This document shows positions 1 through 9,345 of a stretch of DNA of 50,303 nucleotides, one piece after another. The notes below the pieces were generated by a model. It did no database searches and was not told where the DNA came from. It saw only the letters and a list, made by a program, of their open reading frames with translations. Positions within the stretch are counted from its first letter, which is position 1, and each line of letters begins with the position of its first letter. The position numbers and the translations under genes are program-made. Source of the DNA: an uncultured Acidobacteriota bacterium (lineage in GTDB: Bacteria; Acidobacteriota; Vicinamibacteria; Vicinamibacterales; CAVVIG01); NCBI GenBank assembly GCA_902826465.1, contig CADEEX010000001.1, positions 11,162-61,464 of the forward strand, in the 5' to 3' direction.

Positions 1-7
1 TGTAAGC

Positions 8-1888
8 TCAGGCGCGGCCCTCGCCTGAGTCGAGCACTTCGCGAATCTTGTCTGCCAGCGCCTGCAGCGTGAACGGTTTCTGAATGCGCGGCGTCGTCGG
101 CAACACCCGTGCGCTCTCGCCAGCTTCCGATGGCTCGAGCGTCACGAGCGACTGCAGCAGCGGATCGATTCCCTGCAGGCGCGTCACCAGCGGCACGCCC
201 TGATCGGTGACGGCGCGACTCCCCGAGACGACCAGGTGGACGCGCGAGGGTTGCGACGCGAACAGTTCTATCGCTTCAGCCGGCGACGCGGCATCGAGCA
301 CACGATAGCCGCGACGCCGCAGTGCTTCGCCGACAAATGATCGCGCCGCCGCGTCGGCTTCGACCACGAGAATCGTTTCCTGCCGATCGCGCTGCGCAGA
401 GGGCGTGTCGCCGGCGTTGGTCTTGATGGTGGGAAACAGAATCGTGAAGGTCGCGCCGCGGTCCGGCTCACTCTCGACCCATACGAAGCCGTGGCTCTGC
501 TTGATGATGCCGTAGACGGTGGCCAGGCCGAGGCCGCGGCCGTTCCCCATACGTTTCGTGGTGAAGAACGGCTGAAACGCGTAGGCCTTCGTCACCGGGT
601 CCATGCCGTGGCCGGTGTCGGCGAAGATCAGACGCACGTAGCGTCCCGGACGCAGCCAGACGCGTTCGCGCGACACGTGCCCGTCGACGTCGATGGCGTC
701 GACGACAATCGACAACACGCCGCCGGACGGCATCGCTTCGCGCGCATTGAGCGCCAGGTTGGCGATGACATGCTCGATCTGCCTCGGGTCGGCACTGATC
801 TGCGGCAGCGCATCGGGCATCACGACCTTCACGGTGATGTGGTCGCCAAGAATCTCGGCGAGTTGCGGCTGCAATCCGGCAATGAGCGCCGTCAGCGAGA
901 TCGGACGCAGCTCGAACACCTGCCGGCGACCGTAGGCCAGCAGTTGGCGCGTCATCGACGCCGCGCGCGACGCCGCTTCCTCGATGGCGACCACGGAGTG
1001 CTTCAGCGGATCGCCGGAAGGAATCGCCGCGATCAACTTCTCGGTGTTACCGCTGATCACCGTCAGCAGATTGTTGAAGTCGTGCGCCAGCCCACCGGCC
1101 AGTCGGCCAATGACTTCCATGCGCTCCGCGCCCTGCAGGCGCGTTTCGAGCCGCTTGCGCGACGTGATCTCGGCCACCTGCCCACGCAGCGACACGACGG
1201 CGCTGCCGACGCCGAACGACGCCGTGACGAGGCACGACACGTCGATCGACGATCCATCCTGCTGCGTCATCTGCAGTTCGACCGGGCCGGCACGGCCATC
1301 GACGCGCGCCACCGCCAGCAGCTTTTGCAGCACCGGGCCGTCGGGCGTGAGCTCCATCAGACTGCGGCCGATGAGCGGCGACCGGTCGTCGTAGCCGAGC
1401 GCCCGCGCCAGCACACCGTTGCAGTCGATCAGGCGCCAGTCGGGGGTCGAGACGAAGCGACCGTCGGTATCGTCCTCGAACAGATCGCGATAGCGCTGCT
1501 CGCTCCACGCCAGCGCGTCGGCCATGCGGTTGCGATCGGCGACGGACACGAAGGTCGACGCCACCAGGCGCTGGCCCGCCACTTCGAGAAGACGGGCAAC
1601 GTGCTCCACCGGCACCGACTCATCGTCTGCGCCGCGAAGAATCGTGTCATGCGCCCGCCTCGGCTCGCCGCCTTCGAGAACCGCACGCAGGACCTCGCCG
1701 ACAGCTGCCACGTGCACGCCCTTGGCCAGCGACTCGAGCCGGGTGCCGGCTGCGGGTCGCTGCCCAATGAGAGATCCGAACGCAGCCGTGGCCCAGACAA
1801 TGCCTTCGGCTGACGACACGACCACTGGCGCTTCCGCCGCGTCCCACAGCGCCGCCAGCAGTTCCGACGAGGGCACGTGCTGCATCAC
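8..1888 (-). CDS. hybrid sensor histidine kinase (PAS-like, HisKA, HATPase_c, C-terminal receiver)
   Basis: 626-aa ORF. H-box HDFNNLLTVISGN, ATP-binding motifs DTGHGM and GRGLGLATVYG, C-terminal receiver ILVVEADAAARSF. Start overlaps the stop of the upstream kinase gene (ATGA at 1885-1888). Confidence 0.85.
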   Translation of the reverse strand: MMQHVPSSELLAALWDAAEAPVVVSSAEGIVWATAAFGSLIGQRPAAGTRLESLAKGVHVAAVGEVLRAVLEGGEPRRAHDTILRGADDESVPVEHVARLLEVAGQRLVASTFVSVADRNRMADALAWSEQRYRDLFEDDTDGRFVSTPDWRLIDCNGVLARALGYDDRSPLIGRSLMELTPDGPVLQKLLAVARVDGRAGPVELQMTQQDGSSIDVSCLVTASFGVGSAVVSLRGQVAEITSRKRLETRLQGAERMEVIGRLAGGLAHDFNNLLTVISGNTEKLIAAIPSGDPLKHSVVAIEEAASRAASMTRQLLAYGRRQVFELRPISLTALIAGLQPQLAEILGDHITVKVVMPDALPQISADPRQIEHVIANLALNAREAMPSGGVLSIVVDAIDVDGHVSRERVWLRPGRYVRLIFADTGHGMDPVTKAYAFQPFFTTKRMGNGRGLGLATVYGIIKQSHGFVWVESEPDRGATFTILFPTIKTNAGDTPSAQRDRQETILVVEADAAARSFVGEALRRRGYRVLDAASPAEAIELFASQPSRVHLVVSGSRAVTDQGVPLVTRLQGIDPLLQSLVTLEPSEAGESARVLPTTPRIQKPFTLQALADKIREVLDSGEGRA

Positions 1889-3399
1889 GGCACTGGCGGA
1901 GCATCGAGCGCGCCGCGGACGGCGCGGAGCAGCGTCTGCCGATCGAACGGCTTGGCCACAAAGTGCGCGCCAGGCGCAGCGACACCGCCGGCCGCACCGC
2001 CCGTCGGCTCCGGAAATCCCGACATGTACATGACCTGCATGTCAGGCCGCTGCTCACGCAAGCGCGCAGACAGCTCGAGTCCACTCATCTCCGGCATCAC
2101 GACGTCGGTGACGAGCAACGGAATATCGCCATCGAATTCGCGGCTGATGCGGTCGGCGTCCGACGGCATCGGCGCCTCGAGCACGTGATAGCCGGCCAAC
2201 GACAGGATGTCGCGGACCAGTTCACGGACTCCGTCTTCGTCTTCGACGAGCAGCACGGTTTCGCTGCCGCCGACCGACGGGCTCGGCTTGTGGCGGTCGG
2301 TGACGGTGGCTTCGTAGACTCGCGGCAGGCCAAACGACACCGTGGTTCCACGACCGACAGTACTGGTCAGCTTTGTCCAGCCACCGGCGTCACGGACGAT
2401 GTTGTAGACGTTGGCGAGGCCGAGACCGGTCCCTTCGCCAATCGCTTTGGTCGTGAAGAACGGCTCGAACGCCTGGGCGAGCGTGGTCGAATCCATCCCC
2501 ACACCGGTGTCGCTGACGCTGATCGACACCGACGGGCCGATCGCCAGGCCGCCGTGCATACCAGCGGCGACATTGCGCGTCTCGATTGTCAGCCGTCCAC
2601 CAGAGGGCATTGCGTCACGAGCGTTGGCGGCGAGGTTGAACAGCACCTGCTCAATCTGCGTCCGATCGGCCTTGATCGGCCACACCGAATCGGTGTTGAG
2701 CACCTGCACGTCGATGTGTTCGCCGACCATTGGCCTCAAGAGCTGACCAACCTCGGCCACCACAATGTTGAGGTCGAGCACCACCGGGGTATCAGCGCTC
2801 TGACGTCCGAACGCGAGCAGTCGGCGCACCAACGCGGCGGCTCGTTCGGCCGTCACCTGAATGGCGTCACCCTGTGTGCGGAGCGGCGACTCGGCCGGCA
2901 GCTCGTCGAGCATGCGGCCGCTGGCGCCGATGATGATCGTGAGCAGATTTCCGAAGTCGTGTGCGATACCGCTCGCCAGCCGCCCCACCACTTCCATCTT
3001 CTGCGCCTGCCGCAACTGATCTTCGAGATCGCGCACGCGCGCTTCCAGATGACGGCGATCGGTGACGTCGGTCCCGACGAGTCCGATCGCCGGCCGCTCG
3101 GCACCTTCGAGGAGGGTCAGCGTCGCGTCGAGGCGGTGCCAGCGCCCATTGACGTCGAGCATCTCGAACTCGAGTTCGCGACGCCCGCCCTGCGACAACG
3201 CTTCCTGAAACGCGCCGTGCACGGAGACCACGTCGTTCGGGTGCACGAGTTCCCACAACACGTTGCCGCGGACTTCTGTGGGCAGCAGGCCCAGCGTCGA
3301 TTGAATGGCGGGGCTGACGAAGGTCATCGATCCCGATGGATCGAGGATGGCGCAGATGTCGCGCGCGCTGGCAACGAGATCTCTGAATCGATCAGGCAT
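1885..3399 (-). CDS. hybrid sensor histidine kinase (PAS, HisKA, HATPase_c, C-terminal receiver)
   Basis: 504-aa ORF. PAS-like N-terminus, H-box HDFGNLLTIIIGA, DTGVGM and GTGLGLANVY motifs, receiver VLLVEDEDGVRELV...DVVMPEMSG. Lies 44 nt downstream of motB. Confidence 0.85.
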   Translation of the reverse strand: MPDRFRDLVASARDICAILDPSGSMTFVSPAIQSTLGLLPTEVRGNVLWELVHPNDVVSVHGAFQEALSQGGRRELEFEMLDVNGRWHRLDATLTLLEGAERPAIGLVGTDVTDRRHLEARVRDLEDQLRQAQKMEVVGRLASGIAHDFGNLLTIIIGASGRMLDELPAESPLRTQGDAIQVTAERAAALVRRLLAFGRQSADTPVVLDLNIVVAEVGQLLRPMVGEHIDVQVLNTDSVWPIKADRTQIEQVLFNLAANARDAMPSGGRLTIETRNVAAGMHGGLAIGPSVSISVSDTGVGMDSTTLAQAFEPFFTTKAIGEGTGLGLANVYNIVRDAGGWTKLTSTVGRGTTVSFGLPRVYEATVTDRHKPSPSVGGSETVLLVEDEDGVRELVRDILSLAGYHVLEAPMPSDADRISREFDGDIPLLVTDVVMPEMSGLELSARLREQRPDMQVMYMSGFPEPTGGAAGGVAAPGAHFVAKPFDRQTLLRAVRGALDAPPVP

Positions 3400-3443
3400 C
3401 GAGGTGGCGCGACCCGCGGGCGCGCCACATCATACCAGTCGCC

Positions 3444-4367
3444 TCAGTGCTGCGCGGCGGCGGGCGGCGCCAGTGCGGCGGCGGCCTCAGCCGCTACGTG
3501 CGCGGCATCGCCAGGCGCGGCCGGGTGCGCCGCGTCTTCGGTCGTCGTCACCGTCGGCACGAGCGGAGCCTTCGCCGCTTCCGCGGCCCGCGTCTCGGCC
3601 AGTGCCTTCTTCATGGCAGGGCTTCTGACGAGGATCGACACGCGCCTGTTGCGAGCGTCGGTGGGGTCTTCAGGTATGCGCAATTCACGATCGGCAAGAC
3701 CGCGGACACTGTTCACGTGACCGGCGTCGACGCCATTGCGCTCGATGATCCGGCGCGCGGCGTTGGCGCGATCCGAGGAGAGTTCCCAGTTCGAGTAGCC
3801 GTCGCTGGAGGAGTACTGGCGGCTGTCGGTGTGCCCCTCGAGATCGAGGTCATGACCGAGCAGCGCGAGCTGCTTGCCGATGACGGCAAGCAACTGCTCG
3901 CTTTCGCCGACCAGCTTTGCGCTGCCGGAGTCGAAGAAGCTCGATTCGGCCTTCTCGATGAGATCGATACGCAGCCCTTCAGGCGTCACGGTGAACTCGA
4001 TCTGATCGCGGAGCCCCTGAAAGGTGGGATTCGTGTCGAGCTCGAGCTTGATCTGGGCGACGACCGACTCGAGTTGCTTCTGCTCGGCGTCGGCGTCGGT
4101 GATCGGCGCCTGCGGCTTCGGCTCGCCGATCGAATCGGCGCCCGGCAGCACCCCTTTGCCGCCGTCCATCCCGGCGATCGGATCGCGGAAGTAGCCGCCG
4201 ACACCAGCCTTCACCTGCGGGCTCTGGTTGACCAGCCACATCACCAGGAAGAACGCCATCATCGCGGTCACGAAGTCGGCATACGCGACTTTCCAGGCAC
4301 CGCCATGGTGGCCGCCGTGGCCCCCCTTCTTCTTGACGATGATGACCGGCTGAACCTGATTGCTCAT
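3444..4367 (-). CDS. motB: flagellar stator protein MotB (OmpA-like C-terminal peptidoglycan-binding domain)
   Basis: 307 aa. N-terminus KKKGGHGGHHGGAWKVAYADFVTAMMAFFLVMWL is the typical MotB plug/TM with the conserved Asp. OmpA-like LEGHTDS...NRRV motif. Ala/Pro-rich C-terminal tail. ATG at 4367, 2 nt after the motA stop. Confidence 0.9.
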   Translation of the reverse strand: MSNQVQPVIIVKKKGGHGGHHGGAWKVAYADFVTAMMAFFLVMWLVNQSPQVKAGVGGYFRDPIAGMDGGKGVLPGADSIGEPKPQAPITDADAEQKQLESVVAQIKLELDTNPTFQGLRDQIEFTVTPEGLRIDLIEKAESSFFDSGSAKLVGESEQLLAVIGKQLALLGHDLDLEGHTDSRQYSSSDGYSNWELSSDRANAARRIIERNGVDAGHVNSVRGLADRELRIPEDPTDARNRRVSILVRSPAMKKALAETRAAEAAKAPLVPTVTTTEDAAHPAAPGDAAHVAAEAAAALAPPAAAQH

Positions 4368-4369
4368 GA

Positions 4370-5251
4370 CTAGGCGGCCGCCGCGGCAGCCGGCGCTTCA
4401 GCCTTGGTGCCCTTGCACAACTGCTCTGTCTCCTCGAAGCTCGGTCGCAATTCGTCTGGCAGCACGCGCCGCGCGAACTCGATGGACACCATCGGCGAGA
4501 AGCCCTTGTACATCGCCAGCAGCCCGGACTTGATGCACTGTTCGTAGTGACCTTCCATGGCCACCCGCAGTTCCATGCTGGTCGCCATCGGCTGCATGAA
4601 GCCGTACGACATCAGAATGCCGAGGAACGTGCCGACCAGCGCCGCGCCCACCTTGTGCCCGATTTCCGCAGGTGGCCCGTCGATCACGCCCATCGTGATG
4701 ACGACGCCGAGCACGGCCGCGACGATGCCGAGGCCGGGCATGGCATCCGCCACCTTGTTCAGCGTCGCCGCCGGACGTGCCTCTTCGTGATGACGCACCT
4801 CGAGATCGAGATCCATCAGGTTCTCGAAGTCGTGCGGGCCGATGCCACCGATGATGATCACCTTCACCGAATCGGCCAGGAAGTCGACGGCATGGTGCCT
4901 GGCCAGAAACTTCGGGTACTTCGACATGATCGCGCTCTCGGCCGGCTTCTCGAAGTGTGACTCGAGCGCCATGACTCCCGACTGCTGCGCCGCCTTGAAA
5001 ATCTGATAGAGCATCGCCAGCAGCTCTTTGTAGTCGTTCTTGGTCGATCCCGTGGCCAGCAGCCCCTTCAGCTGCCCGAGCATTCCTTTCAGGATCGACG
5101 GCGGCGTGCCAATCAGCATGCTGCCCAGTGCCGCGCCGCCGATGATGACGAACTCGGCGGGCTGGACCAGCACCAGAAGGTTGCCACCTTCCATGAGGTA
5201 GCCGCCGACAACTGACGCAGTGACGATGACGAATCCGATGATCAGAAACAT
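4370..5251 (-). CDS. motA: flagellar stator protein MotA
   Basis: 293 aa. N-terminus MFLIIGFVIVTASVVGGYLMEGGNLLVLVQPAEFVIIGGAALG is classic MotA. Four predicted TM segments. ATG directly abuts the TAA of the upstream regulator gene. Confidence 0.92.
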   Translation of the reverse strand: MFLIIGFVIVTASVVGGYLMEGGNLLVLVQPAEFVIIGGAALGSMLIGTPPSILKGMLGQLKGLLATGSTKNDYKELLAMLYQIFKAAQQSGVMALESHFEKPAESAIMSKYPKFLARHHAVDFLADSVKVIIIGGIGPHDFENLMDLDLEVRHHEEARPAATLNKVADAMPGLGIVAAVLGVVITMGVIDGPPAEIGHKVGAALVGTFLGILMSYGFMQPMATSMELRVAMEGHYEQCIKSGLLAMYKGFSPMVSIEFARRVLPDELRPSFEETEQLCKGTKAEAPAAAAAA

Positions 5252-6355
5252 TTATGCGACCGGCGTTGCCGGGCCTCCATCATTCACCGTGTCTGACGGC
5301 GTCTCCCCCTGAGACGCGGCCGGCCGTGCATCGTCCTGGCAGCAGAGCCACGCATTGACGACCTGCGGGTCGAACCATGACCCTGAGTGGCGCACGAGCT
5401 GTGCGTTGGCGGCCGCCACAGACTGGGCGGGCGGCGTGTCGGTACCGCCGCTCAGGGAGTCGTACGCCTCGGCCACCGCGATGATGCGGGCGCCGATCGG
5501 AATGGCGCCCGTGCGCAGCCGACGCGGATAGCCGCGTCCGTCGAAGCGCTCGCGCGTGGCACCAACGATTTCCGCCGTCGGCGACAAATAGGGCACGCGC
5601 GCCAGCGCCTCTTCGGCGACCCGGACGTGCGAGCGGACGATCGCGTGCTCGCCGGAGCTGAGCGGCCAGGCCTTGCGGATGATGGAGCGTGGGATCGCCA
5701 GCTTGCCGATATCGTGCAGGAGCGCCGCGCGCTTGATGTGCCCGAGCAGCGGTTCAGCGATATCGAGCGCGTGCGATAGACGAATCGCTGTCACCGCCAC
5801 ACGACGGGCATGTTCGAGCGCTGCCACGTTCGGGCCATACAATTCATTGAGGCAGGCCTGCAGCTCCCGCGTCGATGCAATCGCCGCGTCGTTCAGCGAG
5901 CCGCCGATGCGGACGGCACTGTCAGCAATCTCGTCCTCGTACTTGGCGAGCGTGCCGCGTGACTGCTGCACGGTCTCCCGCCACTCCATGGCGCGGTTGA
6001 CGGCATCGGTCAGTTCGCCATGCGACACCGGCTTGGCGAGATAGTCGACGATGCCGAGACGCAGAGCCTCGATCAGATCTTCGAGGCTGCGATTGGCCGC
6101 GATGAGCACGACGCCGACATCCCGGCTTTCATGCCGCAGCCGTTCCGCCAGCTTCAGCCCGTCCGCCGGGGCAAGCCCCGAGACGTCAAGCAGTGCCACG
6201 TCTACGTCCGTGCGCCGTGCCACAGCCAGCGCTTCGCGCGACCCGCTGGCACCGGAGCAACGAAACCTGTCACCGTCCAGCGACTGGCAGATCAACAGGG
6301 TCAAATCCGTGTCCTCGCCGACGACGAGAACGTGGGGCAGTTCCGAACTGGCCAT
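5252..6355 (-). CDS. response regulator with HD-GYP domain (RpfG-type putative c-di-GMP phosphodiesterase)
   Basis: Receiver HVLVVGEDTDL...VALLDVSG...DYLAKP, followed by HDIGKLAIP ... DGRGYP motifs. The ORF track extends to a TTG at 6403. I prefer the ATG at 6355 (MASSELPHVLVV) because a sigma-28-like site lies at 6405-6431. Confidence 0.85.
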   Translation of the reverse strand: MASSELPHVLVVGEDTDLTLLICQSLDGDRFRCSGASGSREALAVARRTDVDVALLDVSGLAPADGLKLAERLRHESRDVGVVLIAANRSLEDLIEALRLGIVDYLAKPVSHGELTDAVNRAMEWRETVQQSRGTLAKYEDEIADSAVRIGGSLNDAAIASTRELQACLNELYGPNVAALEHARRVAVTAIRLSHALDIAEPLLGHIKRAALLHDIGKLAIPRSIIRKAWPLSSGEHAIVRSHVRVAEEALARVPYLSPTAEIVGATRERFDGRGYPRRLRTGAIPIGARIIAVAEAYDSLSGGTDTPPAQSVAAANAQLVRHSGSWFDPQVVNAWLCCQDDARPAASQGETPSDTVNDGGPATPVA

Positions 6356-6404
6356 GAATTGGTGTCTACGAATGTCCCGGGAGACGCCGATGTCTCCGGC
6401 CAAG

Positions 6405-6431
6405 GAATCGGCGGGGGGAACGGCGGCTTGA
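6405..6431 (-). promoter_or_regulatory. sigma-28 (FliA)-like promoter candidate for the HD-GYP-motAB-kinase operon
   Basis: Minus strand reads TCAA-N15-GCCGATTC (consensus TAAA-N15-GCCGATAA), about 50 nt upstream of the ATG at 6355. Confidence 0.4.
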
Positions 6432-6449
6432 ATGCAGCGGGAGGAAGGC

Positions 6450-6476
6450 CACGCTGCAGCGGTGAGCCGCAGCGTG
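6450..6476 (-). terminator. possible hairpin terminator after the CapD-like gene
   Basis: Inverted repeat CACGCTGC ... GCAGCGTG (8 bp, 11-nt spacer) 25 nt past the stop at 6501. Only a weak C/T-rich tail follows, with no U-run. Confidence 0.3.
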
Positions 6477-6500
6477 CAGGGAGGGGTCGGGAGCGACGAC

Positions 6501-7790
6501 CTAGCGAAGCCAGCTCGCGCGGCGCGCCGGTGCGGTGCGCACCACTCGCAGCCGCGAGCTGTCTGCCGCGGACGACGGCGATGTCGACGCGCTGCGTGGT
6601 GTCGCGGGCCGGTTCACCACGACCGCGTGATGGCGCACCAGCGGCCGCGGCCGCGAGGCGCGGGCTGTGCCGATGATCTGAGTCTTCACTTCGCGGGCCA
6701 GCGTCCAGGCCTGCTCGCTCGGGACGAAATCCGGAATCGCCAGTGTCAGTGCGGTCATCACGCCGTAGGCGTCGTCGCGCGCCACGGCCCGGCGCAGCGT
6801 CCTCAACCAGGCCTCGGAGCCGGTCGAACGGGTCCGCGCCTGATGCGCGACCCACACACGGTCGTGGGCCGTCTTCTCGAGACGGATGCCCTGAGACGTC
6901 AGCTCTTCGGCCATCTTCTCGCCGGGACGCAGGCCGACAACCTCGACGTGGACCTCCGGCAGTCCCTGGTCGCGTGCAATCGCGAGCATCCTGTCCGCCA
7001 GATCGCCGACGCGCACCTGCGGGCCCATGTCCAGCCAGAACGTTTCACCGCCGCCGGCCAGCGTGGCGGCTTTCATGACCAGCGACGCGGCCTCGGACAC
7101 CGTCATGAAGAAGCGGGTCGCATTCGGGTCGGTCAGCAGAATCGGCTGTCCATGGCGGATCCGCTCGCGCATCACCTCCACGAAGCTGCCACTGCTCGCC
7201 AGCACGTTGCCGAAGCGGACGACGATCGGCCGGCGCACCTCGGCGTAGGAGCCGAGTACCACCTGCTCGGCAAGGCGCTTGGTGGCGCCCATGACGCTAT
7301 GCGGGGCGGCCGCCTTGTCAGTGGAGATCAGGACGAAGCGGGCACCAACCTCGCGCGAAGCCGCGAGCACGGCGCTGGTCCCGAGAATGTTGACCCGCGC
7401 CGCCGCACAGATCGCACGCTCGGCCATCGTCACATGCTTGTAGGCCGCGGCGTGGAAGACGATGTCCGGGCGGACACGACGCATGACGCGAGCGATGCTC
7501 GAGGCACGCGTCACGTCGCACAGCACCGGCTCGAGAGCCACGGTGGGGCTGGCGGCAGACAGTACCTGCTCGATGCGGAAGAGCGCGAGTTCCGACTGCT
7601 CGACCAGGACCAGCTGCTTCGGCTGGCAGGCCGCAATCTGTCGCGCCAGTTCCGACCCCACGGTGCCGCCAGCGCCAGTGATCAGGCAGACCTGACCGGC
7701 AAAGGCGGCGCGGTCATCGTCGGACAGCAGCGATTCGACCTGTCGTCCCAACAGACGTTCTTCTTCAGCGTGTGTGAGCATGTCCATCAT
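6501..7790 (-). CDS. NDP-sugar 4,6-dehydratase/epimerase, CapD/PglF/PseB-like (Polysacc_synt_2 type)
   Basis: 429 aa. Rossmann motif CLITGAGGTVGSELARQI and the FHAAAYKHV active-site region typical of CapD/WbpM/PglF C-terminal domains. Start ATGA-coupled to the motB2 stop (7787-7790). Confidence 0.8.
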   Translation of the reverse strand: MMDMLTHAEEERLLGRQVESLLSDDDRAAFAGQVCLITGAGGTVGSELARQIAACQPKQLVLVEQSELALFRIEQVLSAASPTVALEPVLCDVTRASSIARVMRRVRPDIVFHAAAYKHVTMAERAICAAARVNILGTSAVLAASREVGARFVLISTDKAAAPHSVMGATKRLAEQVVLGSYAEVRRPIVVRFGNVLASSGSFVEVMRERIRHGQPILLTDPNATRFFMTVSEAASLVMKAATLAGGGETFWLDMGPQVRVGDLADRMLAIARDQGLPEVHVEVVGLRPGEKMAEELTSQGIRLEKTAHDRVWVAHQARTRSTGSEAWLRTLRRAVARDDAYGVMTALTLAIPDFVPSEQAWTLAREVKTQIIGTARASRPRPLVRHHAVVVNRPATPRSASTSPSSAADSSRLRVVRTAPARRASWLR

Positions 7791-8533
7791 GGCGTCGAGC
7801 CGGTCGTCGCCGGCTCCTCTCGGTTGGTGGTGGCCGCGTTCAGAATGACGAGATCGATGCGCCGGTTGCTGGCGCGCGTTTCCGCGGTGCCGTTCGGCAC
7901 GCGCGGGTGAAATTCACCGTAGCCGGTGGCCGACAGACGGGCCGGGGCGAGGCCTCGCGCGATCAGGAACTCGACGACCCGGCTGGCACGCGCCGCCGAG
8001 AGGTCCCAGTTCGACTGAAACCGCACGGTATGAATCGGCACGTCGTCGGTATGTCCTTCGACGCGAACGGCATTCGGGAATCGGTTCAGAACAACGGCCA
8101 CACGGGCGACCAGCGCCTGGGCCGTATCGGACAGATCGTCACGTCCGGTGCCAAATGCGCCGGCTTCGGGAATCGACAGCGTCACGCCGCGACGGTCGAC
8201 AATCAGCTCCAGCCGCTCCATCTGCAGTTCGCCAGCCAGTTCCTGCGACACCGCGGCTTCGACCTCTTCGCTCGACGGCTCGTCAGCGGCGCCAATGGCC
8301 GCGCTGCCGGCACGCACACCGTCAACATTGGGCGACGGCTTGGCGCGCGCCGAGTCGTCGAACGCCGACCGCATCGCCGTCGACATCCGCTGCAGCTTCT
8401 GCGCGTCGACGTTCGAGATGGCATACATCGTCGCGAAGAACGCGAACAGCAGCGTCATGAAGTCGGCGTACGAGACCAGCCAACGGTCGCGCGACAGGTG
8501 CGCAATGGTTCGGCGCTGTGCCAGGCGTCGCAT
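7787..8533 (-). CDS. second MotB-family stator protein (OmpA-like C-terminus)
   Basis: 248 aa. DRWLVSYADFMTLLFAFFATMYAIS (TM with conserved Asp). C-terminal VEGHTDD...NRRIDLVIL OmpA-like motif. Start shares 1 nt with the motA2 stop. Confidence 0.85.
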   Translation of the reverse strand: MRRLAQRRTIAHLSRDRWLVSYADFMTLLFAFFATMYAISNVDAQKLQRMSTAMRSAFDDSARAKPSPNVDGVRAGSAAIGAADEPSSEEVEAAVSQELAGELQMERLELIVDRRGVTLSIPEAGAFGTGRDDLSDTAQALVARVAVVLNRFPNAVRVEGHTDDVPIHTVRFQSNWDLSAARASRVVEFLIARGLAPARLSATGYGEFHPRVPNGTAETRASNRRIDLVILNAATTNREEPATTGSTP

Positions 8534-9345
8534 CAGGCCACCTTCCGCGCTGTCTCGTCGTGGTTGGCGACCAGCAGAAAGCCGCGGAGCTTCTGCTCGA
8601 TGACGCGGGGATTGGCGCCCTCCTGAACCGACACCATGCCCTCGATGACCAGTTCGCGAATCAGCGCGGCACGGCGGGCGCTGCCGCGCAGGCGTGTCGC
8701 CAGTGGCAACAGCAGCAGGTTGGCCACGGCAACGCCGTAGACGGTGGCGACGAACGCCACGGCGATGCCGCCGCCCAGCTTGGATGGGTCGCTGAGGCTC
8801 TGCATCACGTGAATCAGGCCCAGCACCGCCCCGAGGATGCCAAGCGTCGGGGCGTAACCGGCGGCGGTCTCGAGCACTTCGGCCGGCGCCTCTTCGCGCT
8901 CGCGGCGCGCGTCGCTTTCGACCTCGAGGATCTGGCGCGAGACCTTGGTTGAGGTGTTGTCAACGGCGAGGTTGAGCGCCATTCGCAGAAACGAATCCTG
9001 CGCCCGCTCCACTTCGGACTCGAGGGCGACGACGCCCTTGCGCCGCGAGATATTCGAGTAGCTGATGATGTCGGCGAGAATGCGGTCGAGAGAGTCAGGG
9101 CTGACGAACAGGGCCGCGCGCACGGCGACACCGGTCCGTTTGATCAGGGCCAGCGGATAGCTGACCATCACCGCCGCCAGCGTGCCGCCAAACACCACCA
9201 GCGCTGCGGTCGGCTGCCACAACGCCCGCACCGGCGCGCCTTCGAGCTTCTGTGCGAGCACGACGACCGCGAGCGCCGCCGGAATGCCGATGACGGTGGC
9301 CAGCTCGAACTTCGCCGACGACGACGAACGGCGACCAACGCTCAC
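8533..9345 (-). CDS. second MotA/PomA-family stator channel protein (MotA_ExbB)
   Basis: 270 aa, multi-TM. C-terminal AAGYAPTLGILGAVLGLIHVM...GGIAVAFVATVYGVAVANLLLLP is the MotA/TolQ/ExbB signature. GTG start overlaps the upstream stop (GTGA). Confidence 0.85.
   Translation of the reverse strand: MSVGRRSSSSAKFELATVIGIPAALAVVVLAQKLEGAPVRALWQPTAALVVFGGTLAAVMVSYPLALIKRTGVAVRAALFVSPDSLDRILADIISYSNISRRKGVVALESEVERAQDSFLRMALNLAVDNTSTKVSRQILEVESDARREREEAPAEVLETAAGYAPTLGILGAVLGLIHVMQSLSDPSKLGGGIAVAFVATVYGVAVANLLLLPLATRLRGSARRAALIRELVIEGMVSVQEGANPRVIEQKLRGFLLVANHDETARKVA

Noticed and set aside
1963-3720. Long antisense ORFs opposite real genes, for example 1963-3720, 491-1813, 22389-24377, 33056-34705, 38253-39584 and 47099-48841 on the plus strand.
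   Set aside because: Their translations are Arg/Gly/His/Asp-rich low-complexity strings with no motifs. Each lies exactly opposite a gene with unmistakable family signatures. Such stop-free shadow frames are expected in GC-rich DNA.
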